Shown here: piece by piece, positions 10,576 through 20,032 of the stretch
Layout of the letters: every line of letters begins with the position of its first letter
Numbering within the stretch: the first letter of the stretch is position 1
Origin: an uncultured bacterium
GTDB taxonomy: Bacteria > Fidelibacterota > Marinisomatia > Marinisomatales > TCS56
Assembly: GCA_964628055.1 (NCBI GenBank)
Contig: CAZVNL010000008.1
Coordinates: forward strand, 4,233 to 68,232
Direction: 5' to 3'
Length of the DNA stretch: 64,000 bases
Translations under genes and position numbers: made by a program
Notes under the pieces: generated by a model
Told to the model about the DNA's origin: nothing
The model's input: the letters and a program-made list of their open reading frames with translations, nothing else
Database searches by the model: none

Positions 10576-10607
10576 CCCTTTCCTTCTCACGGGAATGGAT
10601 TAAAGGG
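10576..10607 (-). promoter_or_regulatory. PyrR RNA-binding loop (anti-antiterminator)
   Basis: Minus strand CCCTTTAATCCATTCCCGTGAGAAGGAAAGGG has the CUUUAA element and a terminal CCCGUGAG loop matching the PyrR consensus (CCNGNGAG), with stems CCCTT/AAGGG and TCC/GGA. Confidence 0.8.
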
Positions 10608-10624
10608 ATAATGGCACGCCGAAA

Positions 10625-11602
10625 TTACTTCTTTTGCCCGTCTATTAAAAAGGTTTTATAGCCTCTTAGGATTAATTCCCGGGCATTTTCTATTGATCCC
10701 ACCCGGGTCAAATTGAGGGTTAGCTGCGTCACCTCCTGCCTGAACCACTGGAGTTGCCGCTTGGCATACTGACGCGTTTTCAAATTGATTTCGGCAACCA
10801 TGTCCTGGTAACTCAAGGCGCCCTGTAAGTGGCGTTCAATCTGTCGGTAACCGATGGAATCCAGGGGGAATAGCTCCCGGTTAGGATAGGCCGCTTTAAG
10901 GCGCACCAGCTCCCCCACCCACCCCTGGGCCAGCATGGTCACGGTGCGCGCCTCAATGCGCTCGTACAGCTCCTCCTGGTCCCGGGTGATTAGCACCGTG
11001 TACATATTGGCAGGAGCGGTTCCTGACCGGGCCTGGGCACGGAAATGTTCAGTAGGGGTTTTGTGCGTACTCTCCCAGATTTCCAGGGCCCGGACGAGAC
11101 GCTTTTTATTATTGGGGTGCACCAGGTCGGCGTACTCGGGATCCAGCCGCTGGAGTCGCTCTAATAAGACCTCCGGGCCTTCTTCGTCGTAGATCCGCCC
11201 TAACTTTTCCCGTATCTTTAGATCAGAAACGCTCCCCGGGAAAATCCCCCGCACCAACGCCCGGTAATACAGCCCCGCCCCGCCACAAAAGATAGGCTGG
11301 TTCCCCCGCTGGAGGATGTCCTCCAAAACGCCCTCCACGAGTTGGGCGTACTCTCCCGCCGAGATGGGTTGGTCCGGCGGCCGAAGGCCAATGAGATGGT
11401 GGGGTACCTGCCGACGCTGGTCGGGGGTGGGTTGGGCCGTGCCAATTTCCAGGCCCCCGTATATCTGCCGGGAATCTAAACCGATGATCTCTCCCTTGAG
11501 CTTCTGGGCCACAGCGATGGCCAGTTCCGTCTTTCCCACGGCGGTGGGACCCACCAGGGCCAGCAAGGGTGTGGTAGCGAGGAGCTTACGCCGGAGCTTC
11601 AA
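10625..11602 (-). CDS. miaA: tRNA dimethylallyltransferase
   Basis: GPTAVGKT P-loop, DSRQIY, GGAGLY, RLVRALE, IGYRQ and TRQYAKRQLQWFR motifs; TTG start. Confidence 0.97.
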   Translation of the reverse strand: MKLRRKLLATTPLLALVGPTAVGKTELAIAVAQKLKGEIIGLDSRQIYGGLEIGTAQPTPDQRRQVPHHLIGLRPPDQPISAGEYAQLVEGVLEDILQRGNQPIFCGGAGLYYRALVRGIFPGSVSDLKIREKLGRIYDEEGPEVLLERLQRLDPEYADLVHPNNKKRLVRALEIWESTHKTPTEHFRAQARSGTAPANMYTVLITRDQEELYERIEARTVTMLAQGWVGELVRLKAAYPNRELFPLDSIGYRQIERHLQGALSYQDMVAEINLKTRQYAKRQLQWFRQEVTQLTLNLTRVGSIENARELILRGYKTFLIDGQKK

Positions 11603-11613
11603 CCCTTTTTCCT

Positions 11614-13368
11614 TTAAGAGCGTTCGAAGCGCCGATCCAATTCCGCCAGGGAAAGCTGCACGATGATGGGCCGGCCGTGGGGACAGTAGTAGGGGTGCTG
11701 GGTCCCGAAGAGCCGGTTCACTAGGGCCTGCATCTCTTCTTTGGTAAGGGGCTCCCCGGCCTTGATGGCCGCGTGGCAGGCGTAGGAAGCGGCTAACCCC
11801 TCCTCCAGACTACTGTACTGGCGCCCCTCGCACCGGTAATTATCCAGAATATCGGTAAGAATTTTCTTTTCGTTCCCCCAGCCCATCGGAGAAGGAACGG
11901 CTTCTAAGAGAATCGTGCGGGTCCCAAAGGTCTTCATCCGAAAACCGATCTTCTCTAAAAAAGGGACCAGGTCCACCAAGGCGGCATAGTCCACCGGCGA
12001 AAATTCCAGCACTTGGGGAAAGAGCAGAGTCTGGGCCGCCAGAGGAGTGGACTGGAAGGCCTCCAGGGCCTCTTCAAAAAGGACCCGCTCATGGGCCACA
12101 TGCTGATCAATGACCACTAGGCCGCTACTAATCTGGGAGAGGATGTACTTGTTGTGGACCTGCCAGATGAGCTCCGGGTCCACCAGCTCCGGAGAGGTCT
12201 CCCGGCTGGCCAGATGGGAGACGTACTCCCGAGCGCGCTTCAGTTCCGGCCCTTTAGTAACAACCGGCTGGGCGGCAAAGGTCAGGGCGGACGGGCTGGC
12301 TGGCGTCGACCCCATTTCGGCCGGTGTGTGAGCAAATCCCCGGTAAGGCAGCACCCCGTGACGTTCCAGAGAAGGCAGGGTATCCATAAGGGCCTCTAAG
12401 ACCTCGGCCACCGCTGACTTCAACACCTGGTAGACCCGCCACTCATCCTGAAAGCGCACCTTACTCTTCATGTGATGAACGTTTACGTCCACCTGGTCCG
12501 CCGGTAGCACTAAGTTCAACACAAAAAAGGGATACTCCCCCCGCTTCACCAAGGACTGGTAGGCGGAATACACGGCGGAGTTCAAGAGGCGGTCCTGGAT
12601 AAAGCGACGGTTGAGAAAGATAAACTGTTCCCCGGGACGCGTGCGCACCAGATTCAGATTCCCCACGAACCCGGTAATGGAAAAATCCCCCTTGGCGTGC
12701 TGTACGGGAATCACCTGTTCGCCATAGGTGGGATCCAGCAGGGCCACGATGCGCTCTAAAAGGGACTCCGGCTGTAGGGCCAAGATTTCCCGCTCGTTAT
12801 GAATTAGGTGAAAGGCGATCTCGGGATAAGCCAGCCCAAAGCGCCGCACGGTTTTCACAATCTGCCGGAATTCAGTCTGGGGGGCTTTCAAGAATTTCCG
12901 CCGGGCCGGTGTGTTGTAAAACAGGTTCCGAACGGTGAGCTGCGTCCCTTTTAGTTCCGGGGCCGGACGGGGCGGGCCGGCGATGCCGTCTTCCACCACC
13001 ATTTCGTAGGTTGCCTCTCCCGCTATACCGGAAACAATGGTTACCTTAGCCACGGCGGTGATGCTGGCCAAGGCCTCCCCGCGAAAGCCCAGACTCTGAA
13101 TGCAAAACAGCTCCTCCACCGTGGATAATTTGCTGGTATGGTAGCGCTCAATGGCCCGGGGCAGGTCGTCCTCGGCAATGCCACTGCCGTCATCGCGCAC
13201 CTGGATGAGCTGGTGACCGCCCTTTTCAGCAACAATCTCAATATCCGTGGCCCCGGCGTCGATACTGTTCTCTACCAGTTCCTTCACCACCGAAGCCGGC
13301 CGCTCGATGACCTCCCCAGCGGAGATCTTATTCCGTAAGGCTTCCGATAGGGGCCGTATGGGCCTCAT
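11614..13368 (-). CDS. mutL: DNA mismatch repair protein MutL
   Basis: ISAGEVIERPASVVKELVENSIDAGA, GFRGEALAS, DQHVAHER endonuclease motif, ACHAAIK and CPHGRP. Confidence 0.98.
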   Translation of the reverse strand: MRPIRPLSEALRNKISAGEVIERPASVVKELVENSIDAGATDIEIVAEKGGHQLIQVRDDGSGIAEDDLPRAIERYHTSKLSTVEELFCIQSLGFRGEALASITAVAKVTIVSGIAGEATYEMVVEDGIAGPPRPAPELKGTQLTVRNLFYNTPARRKFLKAPQTEFRQIVKTVRRFGLAYPEIAFHLIHNEREILALQPESLLERIVALLDPTYGEQVIPVQHAKGDFSITGFVGNLNLVRTRPGEQFIFLNRRFIQDRLLNSAVYSAYQSLVKRGEYPFFVLNLVLPADQVDVNVHHMKSKVRFQDEWRVYQVLKSAVAEVLEALMDTLPSLERHGVLPYRGFAHTPAEMGSTPASPSALTFAAQPVVTKGPELKRAREYVSHLASRETSPELVDPELIWQVHNKYILSQISSGLVVIDQHVAHERVLFEEALEAFQSTPLAAQTLLFPQVLEFSPVDYAALVDLVPFLEKIGFRMKTFGTRTILLEAVPSPMGWGNEKKILTDILDNYRCEGRQYSSLEEGLAASYACHAAIKAGEPLTKEEMQALVNRLFGTQHPYYCPHGRPIIVQLSLAELDRRFERS

Positions 13369-15206
13369 GGGGCTTTAATGATCTTGAGGGTTTTGGTTAG
13401 GATCTCCTTTTCCAGCCGGGGTGCTGCGCTTAACCATGTAGCTACCTGCCGGGAAGCCTGGTCGTGAAACTCCGGGTCCTCAACCACGGTGGGTAAATTG
13501 ATGAGTACGTTCAAGCACGCCCCCCGCACCCCGGCCAGGGCTGCTTCCGCCGCCACCCCCACGTCACTCACCGAATTAGGGTTGCCCGGCTCCACCACCT
13601 GCTGACCCAGTTCCAGTACCCGGTAGGCCAGGCGGGCTACTTCCAGGGGCACTTCAACCCCCCGGCGATTAGCCTCTTGAAGCTTACTAGAGCGTACCTT
13701 TTTTTCTTCCGTCGTGGTGGCCGGAAGGCGCTGGGCCTGTAAAACCTGTTGAAAAGCACGCGTATCTTCCTCCACCAATTGTAACAGTCGGTCCTTGATC
13801 TTCTGGGCCTCCTCTCCCACCCGCTCCATGAGTTCCCTTACTGGTTCAAAGCCCTTCTTTTCGTGGGTCAGGGCCGTCACCATGGACACCAGCGCTGCCC
13901 CCAGGCTGGCGGTCAGGGCGGCTATGCTGCCGCCTCCGGGAGCCGGACTGTTAGTGGAGACTTCGTCCACTAAGGACTTTACCGACTGTTGGACGAGAGT
14001 GGCTACCGGCGATTGTACGGCATACTCGATAATTTTTTCTTCCGGGACGAAGGGGGCCAAATCCCTCAGGCCCAGGGATTGCACAGCGGCCTCCACCAAA
14101 TCGGCCTCGGGAACGCCGGTAGTCCGTCGCTGCCGCTGGAGGTAATGTCTACCAGCCGCTAACAACGCCGCCAGGGGAATAAGCCCTACCAGTTCGCTAC
14201 CCGTGACGCGGACCCCCCGCGCTTCCGCCAAGCGGCAGGCGGCATCGAAAACAAGATGAAGAGGCGTTTTTTTGTAATTGGTGAAGTTGATGGAGATCTG
14301 GGCCCGGCGGTACTCATCAATGTACCAACCCACCGTCTTCACGTGTTTAAATAGGCCCGGCTTTTTCACCGGCCGGCCTACGAGCTGCCCTTCATCATAG
14401 CCGTACTGGGACCACCAGTCCCGTAAATCAAAGTCATGCTCTTCCGTACTGTGTTTAACGAGCTTATCCGACGTGTGGGCCACAAAATCACAAAAGGCAC
14501 AGGGGTAGTGATCTTTACTATAGCGGATAATCTCCCCGTCCAAAAGATTGGGCGACTGGGGGTTTGGTTTACGCAAGGAGCGCCCCTTTTCCCGCAGTTC
14601 GAAGGCGATGTCGGTAGCCAAGCGCCGATCCCGGGTGTTGAGGTTGATGTTGTAGGCGATTAAAAACTCCCGCACACCCAGGATAGTGGCGCCGGCCGTG
14701 GCGTTGAATCGGGCGGGACCGTAGTCCGGTTTCCAGCGAGGATCTTTTAGTTTTTTGGCTAAGCCTTCGTATTCCCCCGCCCGAATTACTGCCAGGTTCT
14801 TCCGCTCCGGCTGCTGGGCGGAGTATTCGTATAAATACACGGGAATGTCCAGGGTCTCCGCCACACGCTGGCCTACGCGCTTAGACAAGGCCACACACTC
14901 TTCTACCGATACACCGCGCAGGGGGACAAAGGGACACACGTCGGTGGCGCCCAGGCGGGCGTGGGCCCCGTGATGATGGCGCATGTCAATGACTTCGGCG
15001 GCCTTCTGAACGGCCCGGAAAGCAGCCTCCTCTACACTGGCCAAGGGACCCACGAAGGTGACTACCGTGCGGTTGGTGTCCTCACCTGGATCCACGTCTA
15101 AGAGGGTGATCCCCTCTACGCTGGTAATGGCCTGGGTAATGGCCTGAATCTTGGCCTGATCGCGACCTTCACTGAAATTGGGAACGCATTCCACTAACGA
15201 ATCCAT
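13365..15206 (-). CDS. ftcd: Glutamate formiminotransferase / formiminotetrahydrofolate cyclodeaminase, with a zinc-finger-like insertion
   Basis: ECVPNFSEGRD, NRTVVTFVG, GATDVCPFVP, LIAYNINL and AQISINFT in the transferase part; SPAPGGGSIAAL and NSVSDVGVA in the cyclodeaminase part. Insertion of about 70 aa around residues 211-283. Confidence 0.95.
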   Translation of the reverse strand: MDSLVECVPNFSEGRDQAKIQAITQAITSVEGITLLDVDPGEDTNRTVVTFVGPLASVEEAAFRAVQKAAEVIDMRHHHGAHARLGATDVCPFVPLRGVSVEECVALSKRVGQRVAETLDIPVYLYEYSAQQPERKNLAVIRAGEYEGLAKKLKDPRWKPDYGPARFNATAGATILGVREFLIAYNINLNTRDRRLATDIAFELREKGRSLRKPNPQSPNLLDGEIIRYSKDHYPCAFCDFVAHTSDKLVKHSTEEHDFDLRDWWSQYGYDEGQLVGRPVKKPGLFKHVKTVGWYIDEYRRAQISINFTNYKKTPLHLVFDAACRLAEARGVRVTGSELVGLIPLAALLAAGRHYLQRQRRTTGVPEADLVEAAVQSLGLRDLAPFVPEEKIIEYAVQSPVATLVQQSVKSLVDEVSTNSPAPGGGSIAALTASLGAALVSMVTALTHEKKGFEPVRELMERVGEEAQKIKDRLLQLVEEDTRAFQQVLQAQRLPATTTEEKKVRSSKLQEANRRGVEVPLEVARLAYRVLELGQQVVEPGNPNSVSDVGVAAEAALAGVRGACLNVLINLPTVVEDPEFHDQASRQVATWLSAAPRLEKEILTKTLKIIKAP

Positions 15207-15215
15207 AACATTACC

Positions 15216-15359
15216 TCAGGGTAGATAGTGTGCCAGGTTATTTAGGAATATCATGAGGGCGACCACAATGACCAGGAGCCCCAGTAACCACCATAAAGAA
15301 CGCGGCCGGGGACGGTAGTCCGAAACCAAGGGCCGGAAGTAATGGCGCTTGAATTTCAC
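15216..15359 (-). CDS. Small single-pass membrane protein (47 aa)
   Basis: The likely start is GTG at 15359, which overlaps the upstream stop (GTGA) and has a G-rich SD. It encodes MKFKRHYFRPLVSDYRPRPRSLWWLLGLLVIVVALMIFLNNLAHYLP: basic N-terminus plus one hydrophobic helix. Confidence 0.6.
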   Translation of the reverse strand: MKFKRHYFRPLVSDYRPRPRSLWWLLGLLVIVVALMIFLNNLAHYLP

Positions 15360-15979
15360 CCCCTCACCCCGGCAAAGAGCAACAGAAAGAATTTCACGAA
15401 TGGTTTCATAAACATCCACAGGGGAGAAAAACCGGTGAAGTAGCCGATCAAAATCAGCCCGATGAGGATCTGGGGACCGTAGGCTTGCAGGTTGTGCACC
15501 AGTTGGGGTTGACTTCGGATCAACAGGCCCGAAAAAATCTGGGACCCGTCCAACGGCGGAATGGGAATGAGGTTAAACACGGCCAGGGCGATATTGATCT
15601 GGGTGAACATGAGGAGCATGAGACCCCATGGCTCGCCGTGAATCCCCAGGCGTATCAACAGGCCACTACCCAACGCCAAAAGGAGATTGGCCCCGGGGCC
15701 GGCAAAGGCGATTTTCATCATGTCAGTACGCGGGTGGCGGAGGTGGCGCGGGTCCACCGGGACGGGTTTTGCCCAGCCGAAACCTACAAAGAGGATCATG
15801 AGGGACCCGAACGGATCCAAATGGGCCCGGGGGTTCAAGGTCAACCGGCCGTGATAGCGCGCCGTGGGATCCCCCAGGCGATAGGCCATATAGGCATGGG
15901 AATATTCGTGGAAAACTAGGGCAAATAGAAGGACCGGGATCAAGAGAACCAGTACGTCTAAGGGCAGTCTAAAAAGCAT
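15356..15979 (-). CDS. Site-2 protease family (M50) intramembrane metalloprotease
   Basis: HEYSH zinc motif, GDPTA...LTLNP.AHLDP.G, GWAKPVPV, AGPGANL and FNLIPIPPLDG motifs. Confidence 0.95.
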   Translation of the reverse strand: MLFRLPLDVLVLLIPVLLFALVFHEYSHAYMAYRLGDPTARYHGRLTLNPRAHLDPFGSLMILFVGFGWAKPVPVDPRHLRHPRTDMMKIAFAGPGANLLLALGSGLLIRLGIHGEPWGLMLLMFTQINIALAVFNLIPIPPLDGSQIFSGLLIRSQPQLVHNLQAYGPQILIGLILIGYFTGFSPLWMFMKPFVKFFLLLFAGVRG

Positions 15980-16025
15980 CCCTAAGCTCCGTAATCCTTG
16001 AGATACGAGGTAGCTCTCACGGCGC

Positions 16026-16919
16026 TTACCACCGGGGATGAAAGGTGCGGTGGACTTCTTTCAAATACTCCCGGTCCAGGTGCGTGTAGATCTGGGTGGT
16101 GGAAATGTCGGCGTGTCCCAGCATTTCCTGGACGGCCCTTAGGTCCGCGCCGCCCTCTAATAAGTGTGTGGCGAAGGAATGGCGCAGGGTGTGCGGGCTT
16201 ACGGGTTTACTGAGCCCTGCCAAGCGGGCATATTTATGCAATAAGTTCCACACCATCATGCGCGTGAGGGGTCGGCCGTTGCGACTGAGAAACACGCACT
16301 CCCGGCTCCGGCCGCGCCGGGCCAGGGTTGTTCGGACACGGGATAGATACACCTCTAACGCCGCTATAGCGCGGTGACCAATGGGTACCAGACGCTCTTT
16401 ATCGCCCTTGCCTACGACCCGGATCAAGCTCGTGTCCAACTGGACGTAGCCCACTTTCAAATGGCAGGCCTCGCTCACCCGCAGGCCGGCGGAATACAGC
16501 AGTTCCATTAGGGCTAAATCCCGTTGACCCAAGGGGGTAGTTGTGGGAATGCTCGCCAGAAGGGCTTCCACCTCTGCCACGGTGAGAACCACCGGCAGTT
16601 TCCGGGGCAAGCGGGGGGTTTCCATGAGCTCCGCGGGGTTCGTTATCAGGCCCTTTTCACTCACTAAAAAGGCGTGGTAGGAGCGCAGGGAAGATAGGCT
16701 CCGGGTAATACTGGTGGGGGCCAGGTGCAAGCGTTTCAAGGCACGTACATAGAGGCGAATATGCTCCGGTGTTACCTCTTTTAAGGAGCGCACCGGGGTG
16801 TACTTTAGGATATAATCCAGGTAGCGCTTCAGGTCCTGGCGGTAGGCCTTGACGGTTTGAGGGGACATATTCCGTTCCACCCGCAGCATGGTAAGGTACT
16901 CCTTAAGATACGTTTCCAT
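16026..16919 (-). CDS. xerD: Site-specific tyrosine recombinase XerD
   Basis: LYSAGLRVSE, GKGDKERLVP, SPHTLRHSFATHLLEGGADLRAVQEMLGHADISTTQIYTH. Start moved to the ATG at 16919. Confidence 0.93.
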   Translation of the reverse strand: METYLKEYLTMLRVERNMSPQTVKAYRQDLKRYLDYILKYTPVRSLKEVTPEHIRLYVRALKRLHLAPTSITRSLSSLRSYHAFLVSEKGLITNPAELMETPRLPRKLPVVLTVAEVEALLASIPTTTPLGQRDLALMELLYSAGLRVSEACHLKVGYVQLDTSLIRVVGKGDKERLVPIGHRAIAALEVYLSRVRTTLARRGRSRECVFLSRNGRPLTRMMVWNLLHKYARLAGLSKPVSPHTLRHSFATHLLEGGADLRAVQEMLGHADISTTQIYTHLDREYLKEVHRTFHPRW

Positions 16920-16920
16920 G

Positions 16921-17502
16921 TCACCGGGCACTCAGTAGAGCCTGCTCCGTCCATTCGCAAAGAAGGTGACCGGCCACTAAATGGCCTTCCTGGATCCGCT
17001 GGGTATCCTGACTGGGAATACAGATGGCCACCGTAACGAGGGCTTTTAGCGCCCCGCCGTCCTGGCCCGTTAGACCGATGGTTTTAAGACCCCGATCCTG
17101 GGCCACCCGCGCCGCGGCCAGGCAGTTGGGGGAATTACCGCTGGTGGAAATGATCACCACGACGTCCCCGGCGTTACCCAGCGTAGCCACCTGGCGGGCA
17201 AATACCGATTCGAAATCCACATCGTTGGTCCAGGCGGTGAGTAGGGAGCTATCGGTGGTGAGGGCCAGGGAGGCTAGCCCCGGTCGGTCGTGAACCCGTA
17301 AGCCGCCCAAGAGTTCGGTGGAAAAGTGTTGAGCCTGGGCGGCGCTGCCGCCATTGCCGCACCAGAGGATCTGGTGTCCTTCTTTTAACGCCGTAACCAT
17401 GAGGTGGGCCGCCTGCTCAATGTCCGTACTACAGACCGACACCATGGTCTGGATGGTGCCGGCGCTCTGGCTGAGTTGTTGTTTAATAGTGTCGCGCTCC
17501 AT
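16921..17502 (-). CDS. gmhA: Phosphoheptose isomerase (SIS domain)
   Basis: CGNGGSAAQAQHF, FARQV, ISTSGNSPN, GLTGQDGG and RIQEGH motifs. Confidence 0.9.
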   Translation of the reverse strand: MERDTIKQQLSQSAGTIQTMVSVCSTDIEQAAHLMVTALKEGHQILWCGNGGSAAQAQHFSTELLGGLRVHDRPGLASLALTTDSSLLTAWTNDVDFESVFARQVATLGNAGDVVVIISTSGNSPNCLAAARVAQDRGLKTIGLTGQDGGALKALVTVAICIPSQDTQRIQEGHLVAGHLLCEWTEQALLSAR

Positions 17503-17505
17503 GGG

Positions 17506-18258
17506 CTACAATTTCCAGTGGACGGCCTGGGCAAAGGCTTCCATAAGAGCCGCGTCGTGATTGTCTTCCAAAACCGTGCCGGTGACAATGAAGCTGGCGC
17601 CGGCCTCCACCCGCTCACGGGCCTGCTCCGGTGTGCGAATCCCCCCGCCCACGATGAGGGGCACCTCCACTTCCCGGGCCACCTGGGTGATGGTCTCAAC
17701 GGGTACGGCCTGGCGGGCTCCGCTGCCAGCTTCCAAATAAAGGAGCTTTTTCCCCAGATACTGAGCTGCCAGAGCGTGGGCAACGGCTAAATCGGGCCGG
17801 TGGAGGGGCAGAGGCCGGGTGTTGCTGATGAACTCCACGGTAGACTGGGCACCGCCATCGAAAAGGAGATAACCGGTGGGGATCACCTCCAACCCCAGGT
17901 CCTTCACCACGGGGGCGGCAAGGACCTGCTCACCGATCAGGTAGTGGGGATTGCGCCCAGAGAGAATGGCCATGAACAGCATGGCGTCGTAATGGGTGTT
18001 TATCTGGTTGAGACCCCCCGGGAAAAATATGACCGGAACACTAGCCAGGGCCTTGATGGTGGCCACTCGCTCATGACAGCGCCCATCCATCATGAGGCTG
18101 CCACCTACGAAGATGGCATCCACTTCTGAGGCGTTGATGGCGGCGACCCGGGCTTCTAAATGGGGGTCACTCTTGCGGTCGGGATCTAACAGCACAATAT
18201 AGCCGGCCCCCTTGGTGCGAGCCACCTGGAGCAAGTGCTGAAAAACGGTTGATTTCAT
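17506..18258 (-). CDS. Geranylgeranylglyceryl phosphate synthase, group II (PcrB-like family)
   Basis: LLDPD, VGGS, FPGG, LSGRNPHYLIG, PTGYLL, YLEAGSGA, VGGGIR and VTGT motifs of group II GGGPS. Confidence 0.92.
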   Translation of the reverse strand: MKSTVFQHLLQVARTKGAGYIVLLDPDRKSDPHLEARVAAINASEVDAIFVGGSLMMDGRCHERVATIKALASVPVIFFPGGLNQINTHYDAMLFMAILSGRNPHYLIGEQVLAAPVVKDLGLEVIPTGYLLFDGGAQSTVEFISNTRPLPLHRPDLAVAHALAAQYLGKKLLYLEAGSGARQAVPVETITQVAREVEVPLIVGGGIRTPEQARERVEAGASFIVTGTVLEDNHDAALMEAFAQAVHWKL

Positions 18259-18276
18259 CGCTGGAATGTACAGAAC

Positions 18277-18654
18277 CTAAGCGATCAATTGTTTATAATC
18301 TTCGGGGGTCAGTAACCCGCTGGTATCTAGCACTTCGGAGAGGGCCACCTTGATGAGCCAGCCCTTACCGTAGGGATCCTGATTCACCAGTTCCGGGGCC
18401 TCTTCCAGAGCCGTATTCACCACCGAAACTTCCCCAGTTACCGGTGAAAATAGATCGGCCACGGTCTTCACCGCCTCGATCGTCCCGAAGGGTTCCCCGC
18501 CCTTGACCACGGTGCCCGTTTCGGGAAATTCGATGAAGACAATATCCCCCAATTCCCCCTGGGCATAGTCGGTAACCCCTATGGTTCCCTCCTGGCCCTC
18601 CACGCGCAACCATTCGTGGTCTTTGGTGTAGTACAAATCCGCTGGTACGTTCAT
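18277..18654 (-). CDS. gcvH: Glycine cleavage system H protein
   Basis: YTKDHEW, GVTDYAQGELGDIVF, lipoyl-Lys motif EAVKTV and NQDPYGKGWL. Confidence 0.98.
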   Translation of the reverse strand: MNVPADLYYTKDHEWLRVEGQEGTIGVTDYAQGELGDIVFIEFPETGTVVKGGEPFGTIEAVKTVADLFSPVTGEVSVVNTALEEAPELVNQDPYGKGWLIKVALSEVLDTSGLLTPEDYKQLIA

Positions 18655-18667
18655 AACATCAACTCCT

Positions 18668-20026
18668 TCAGTTTTCTTTTAATGGCGGGTACTCAAAATC
18701 TTCCAAGAAACTGGTATCAAAAGTGCCCTGGAGAAAGCGCGGGTCTTTCATGATGGCCTGATGGAACGGAATGGTGGTGCGGGGTCCTTCGATGATACAC
18801 TCCTCCAAGGCCTGCTGCATACGTTTAATGGCCCGTTCCCGGGTACTGGCCCAAACGATTAATTTCCCGATGAGGGAATCGTAATAGGGGGAAATCACAT
18901 AGCCGTCGTAGGCGTGGGTATCCACCCGTACCCCCTTTCCCCCGGGCATGTGGAAGCTGGTAATCTTCCGGGGGCAGGGCCGGAAATTGTCCTGGGGGTC
19001 TTCGGCGTTGATGCGGCACTCAATGGCGTGGCCGCGCAAACGCATGTGGTCCAGGTAGCCAGGATAACGTTCCCCGGCGTGGACCTGAATCTGTTGCTTA
19101 ATGAGATCCACGCCCACTACCATCTCGGTGACGGTATGCTCCACCTGGATGCGCGTATTCATTTCCATGAAATAGAAGTTTTTATCCTTATCCAAAAGGA
19201 ATTCCACCGTTCCCACTCCCACGTAGTCGGCCGCTTGGGCAGCCCGGATGGCCATGGTGCCCATGGCCCGGCGGAGGTCCTCATCAACCACCGCCGAGGG
19301 CGATTCCTCCACTAATTTCTGGTGACGCCGTTGAATGGAGCATTCCCGTTCCCCTAAATGAGCGATGTGGTTGTGGGCGTCGGCCAAAATTTGCACCTCG
19401 ATGTGACGCGGGTTTTGCACATACTTCTCTAAGTAAAGTTCTCCATTATCGAAAGCCGACTGGGCCTCGTTCTGGGCAGCCACGAAGGCCGGACCCATTT
19501 CTTCGGCCGACCAGACCAGGCGCATACCCCGCCCGCCGCCACCGGCCGAGGCCTTCAGCATGACCGGGTAGCCCATGGTCTCTGCCAGCCGTCGGGCCTC
19601 TTCGGCACTGGGTAGTACCCCGGCACTTCCGGGAATGACCGGCACCCCGGCGGAGCGCATGGTCTCTTTGGCCCTAGCCTTGTCTCCCATGGCTTCGATA
19701 ATTTCCGCGCCAGGACCCAAAAAAGTGAAATTATTCTCCTGGCAGATACGGGAGAAGTGGGCGTTCTCCGCTAAAAAACCGTAACCCGGATGGATGGCAT
19801 CGGCATTGGTAATTTCCGCTGCCGCAATTAGCCGGGGAATGTTCAGATAGCTTTCGCTGCTGAGTGGGGGCCCGATACAGACGGCCTCGTCAGCGAACCG
19901 CACGTGAAGGGAAAGTTCATCGGCGGTGGAATAGACCGCCACGGTGGGAATCTCCAGTTCGTGACAAGCCCGTATAACCCGTAGGGCAATCTCACCCCGG
20001 TTGGCAATGAGCACCTTTTTAAACAT
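18668..20026 (-). CDS. accC: Acetyl-CoA carboxylase biotin carboxylase subunit
   Basis: [54 protein letters not shown] and [10 protein letters not shown] motifs. Confidence 0.97.
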   Translation of the reverse strand: MFKKVLIANRGEIALRVIRACHELEIPTVAVYSTADELSLHVRFADEAVCIGPPLSSESYLNIPRLIAAAEITNADAIHPGYGFLAENAHFSRICQENNFTFLGPGAEIIEAMGDKARAKETMRSAGVPVIPGSAGVLPSAEEARRLAETMGYPVMLKASAGGGGRGMRLVWSAEEMGPAFVAAQNEAQSAFDNGELYLEKYVQNPRHIEVQILADAHNHIAHLGERECSIQRRHQKLVEESPSAVVDEDLRRAMGTMAIRAAQAADYVGVGTVEFLLDKDKNFYFMEMNTRIQVEHTVTEMVVGVDLIKQQIQVHAGERYPGYLDHMRLRGHAIECRINAEDPQDNFRPCPRKITSFHMPGGKGVRVDTHAYDGYVISPYYDSLIGKLIVWASTRERAIKRMQQALEECIIEGPRTTIPFHQAIMKDPRFLQGTFDTSFLEDFEYPPLKEN

Positions 20027-20032
20027 GTTAAC

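Noticed and set aside
16026-16919. Tyrosine recombinase as a phage or ICE integrase
   Set aside because: The sequence is typical chromosomal XerD and lies inside a housekeeping operon.
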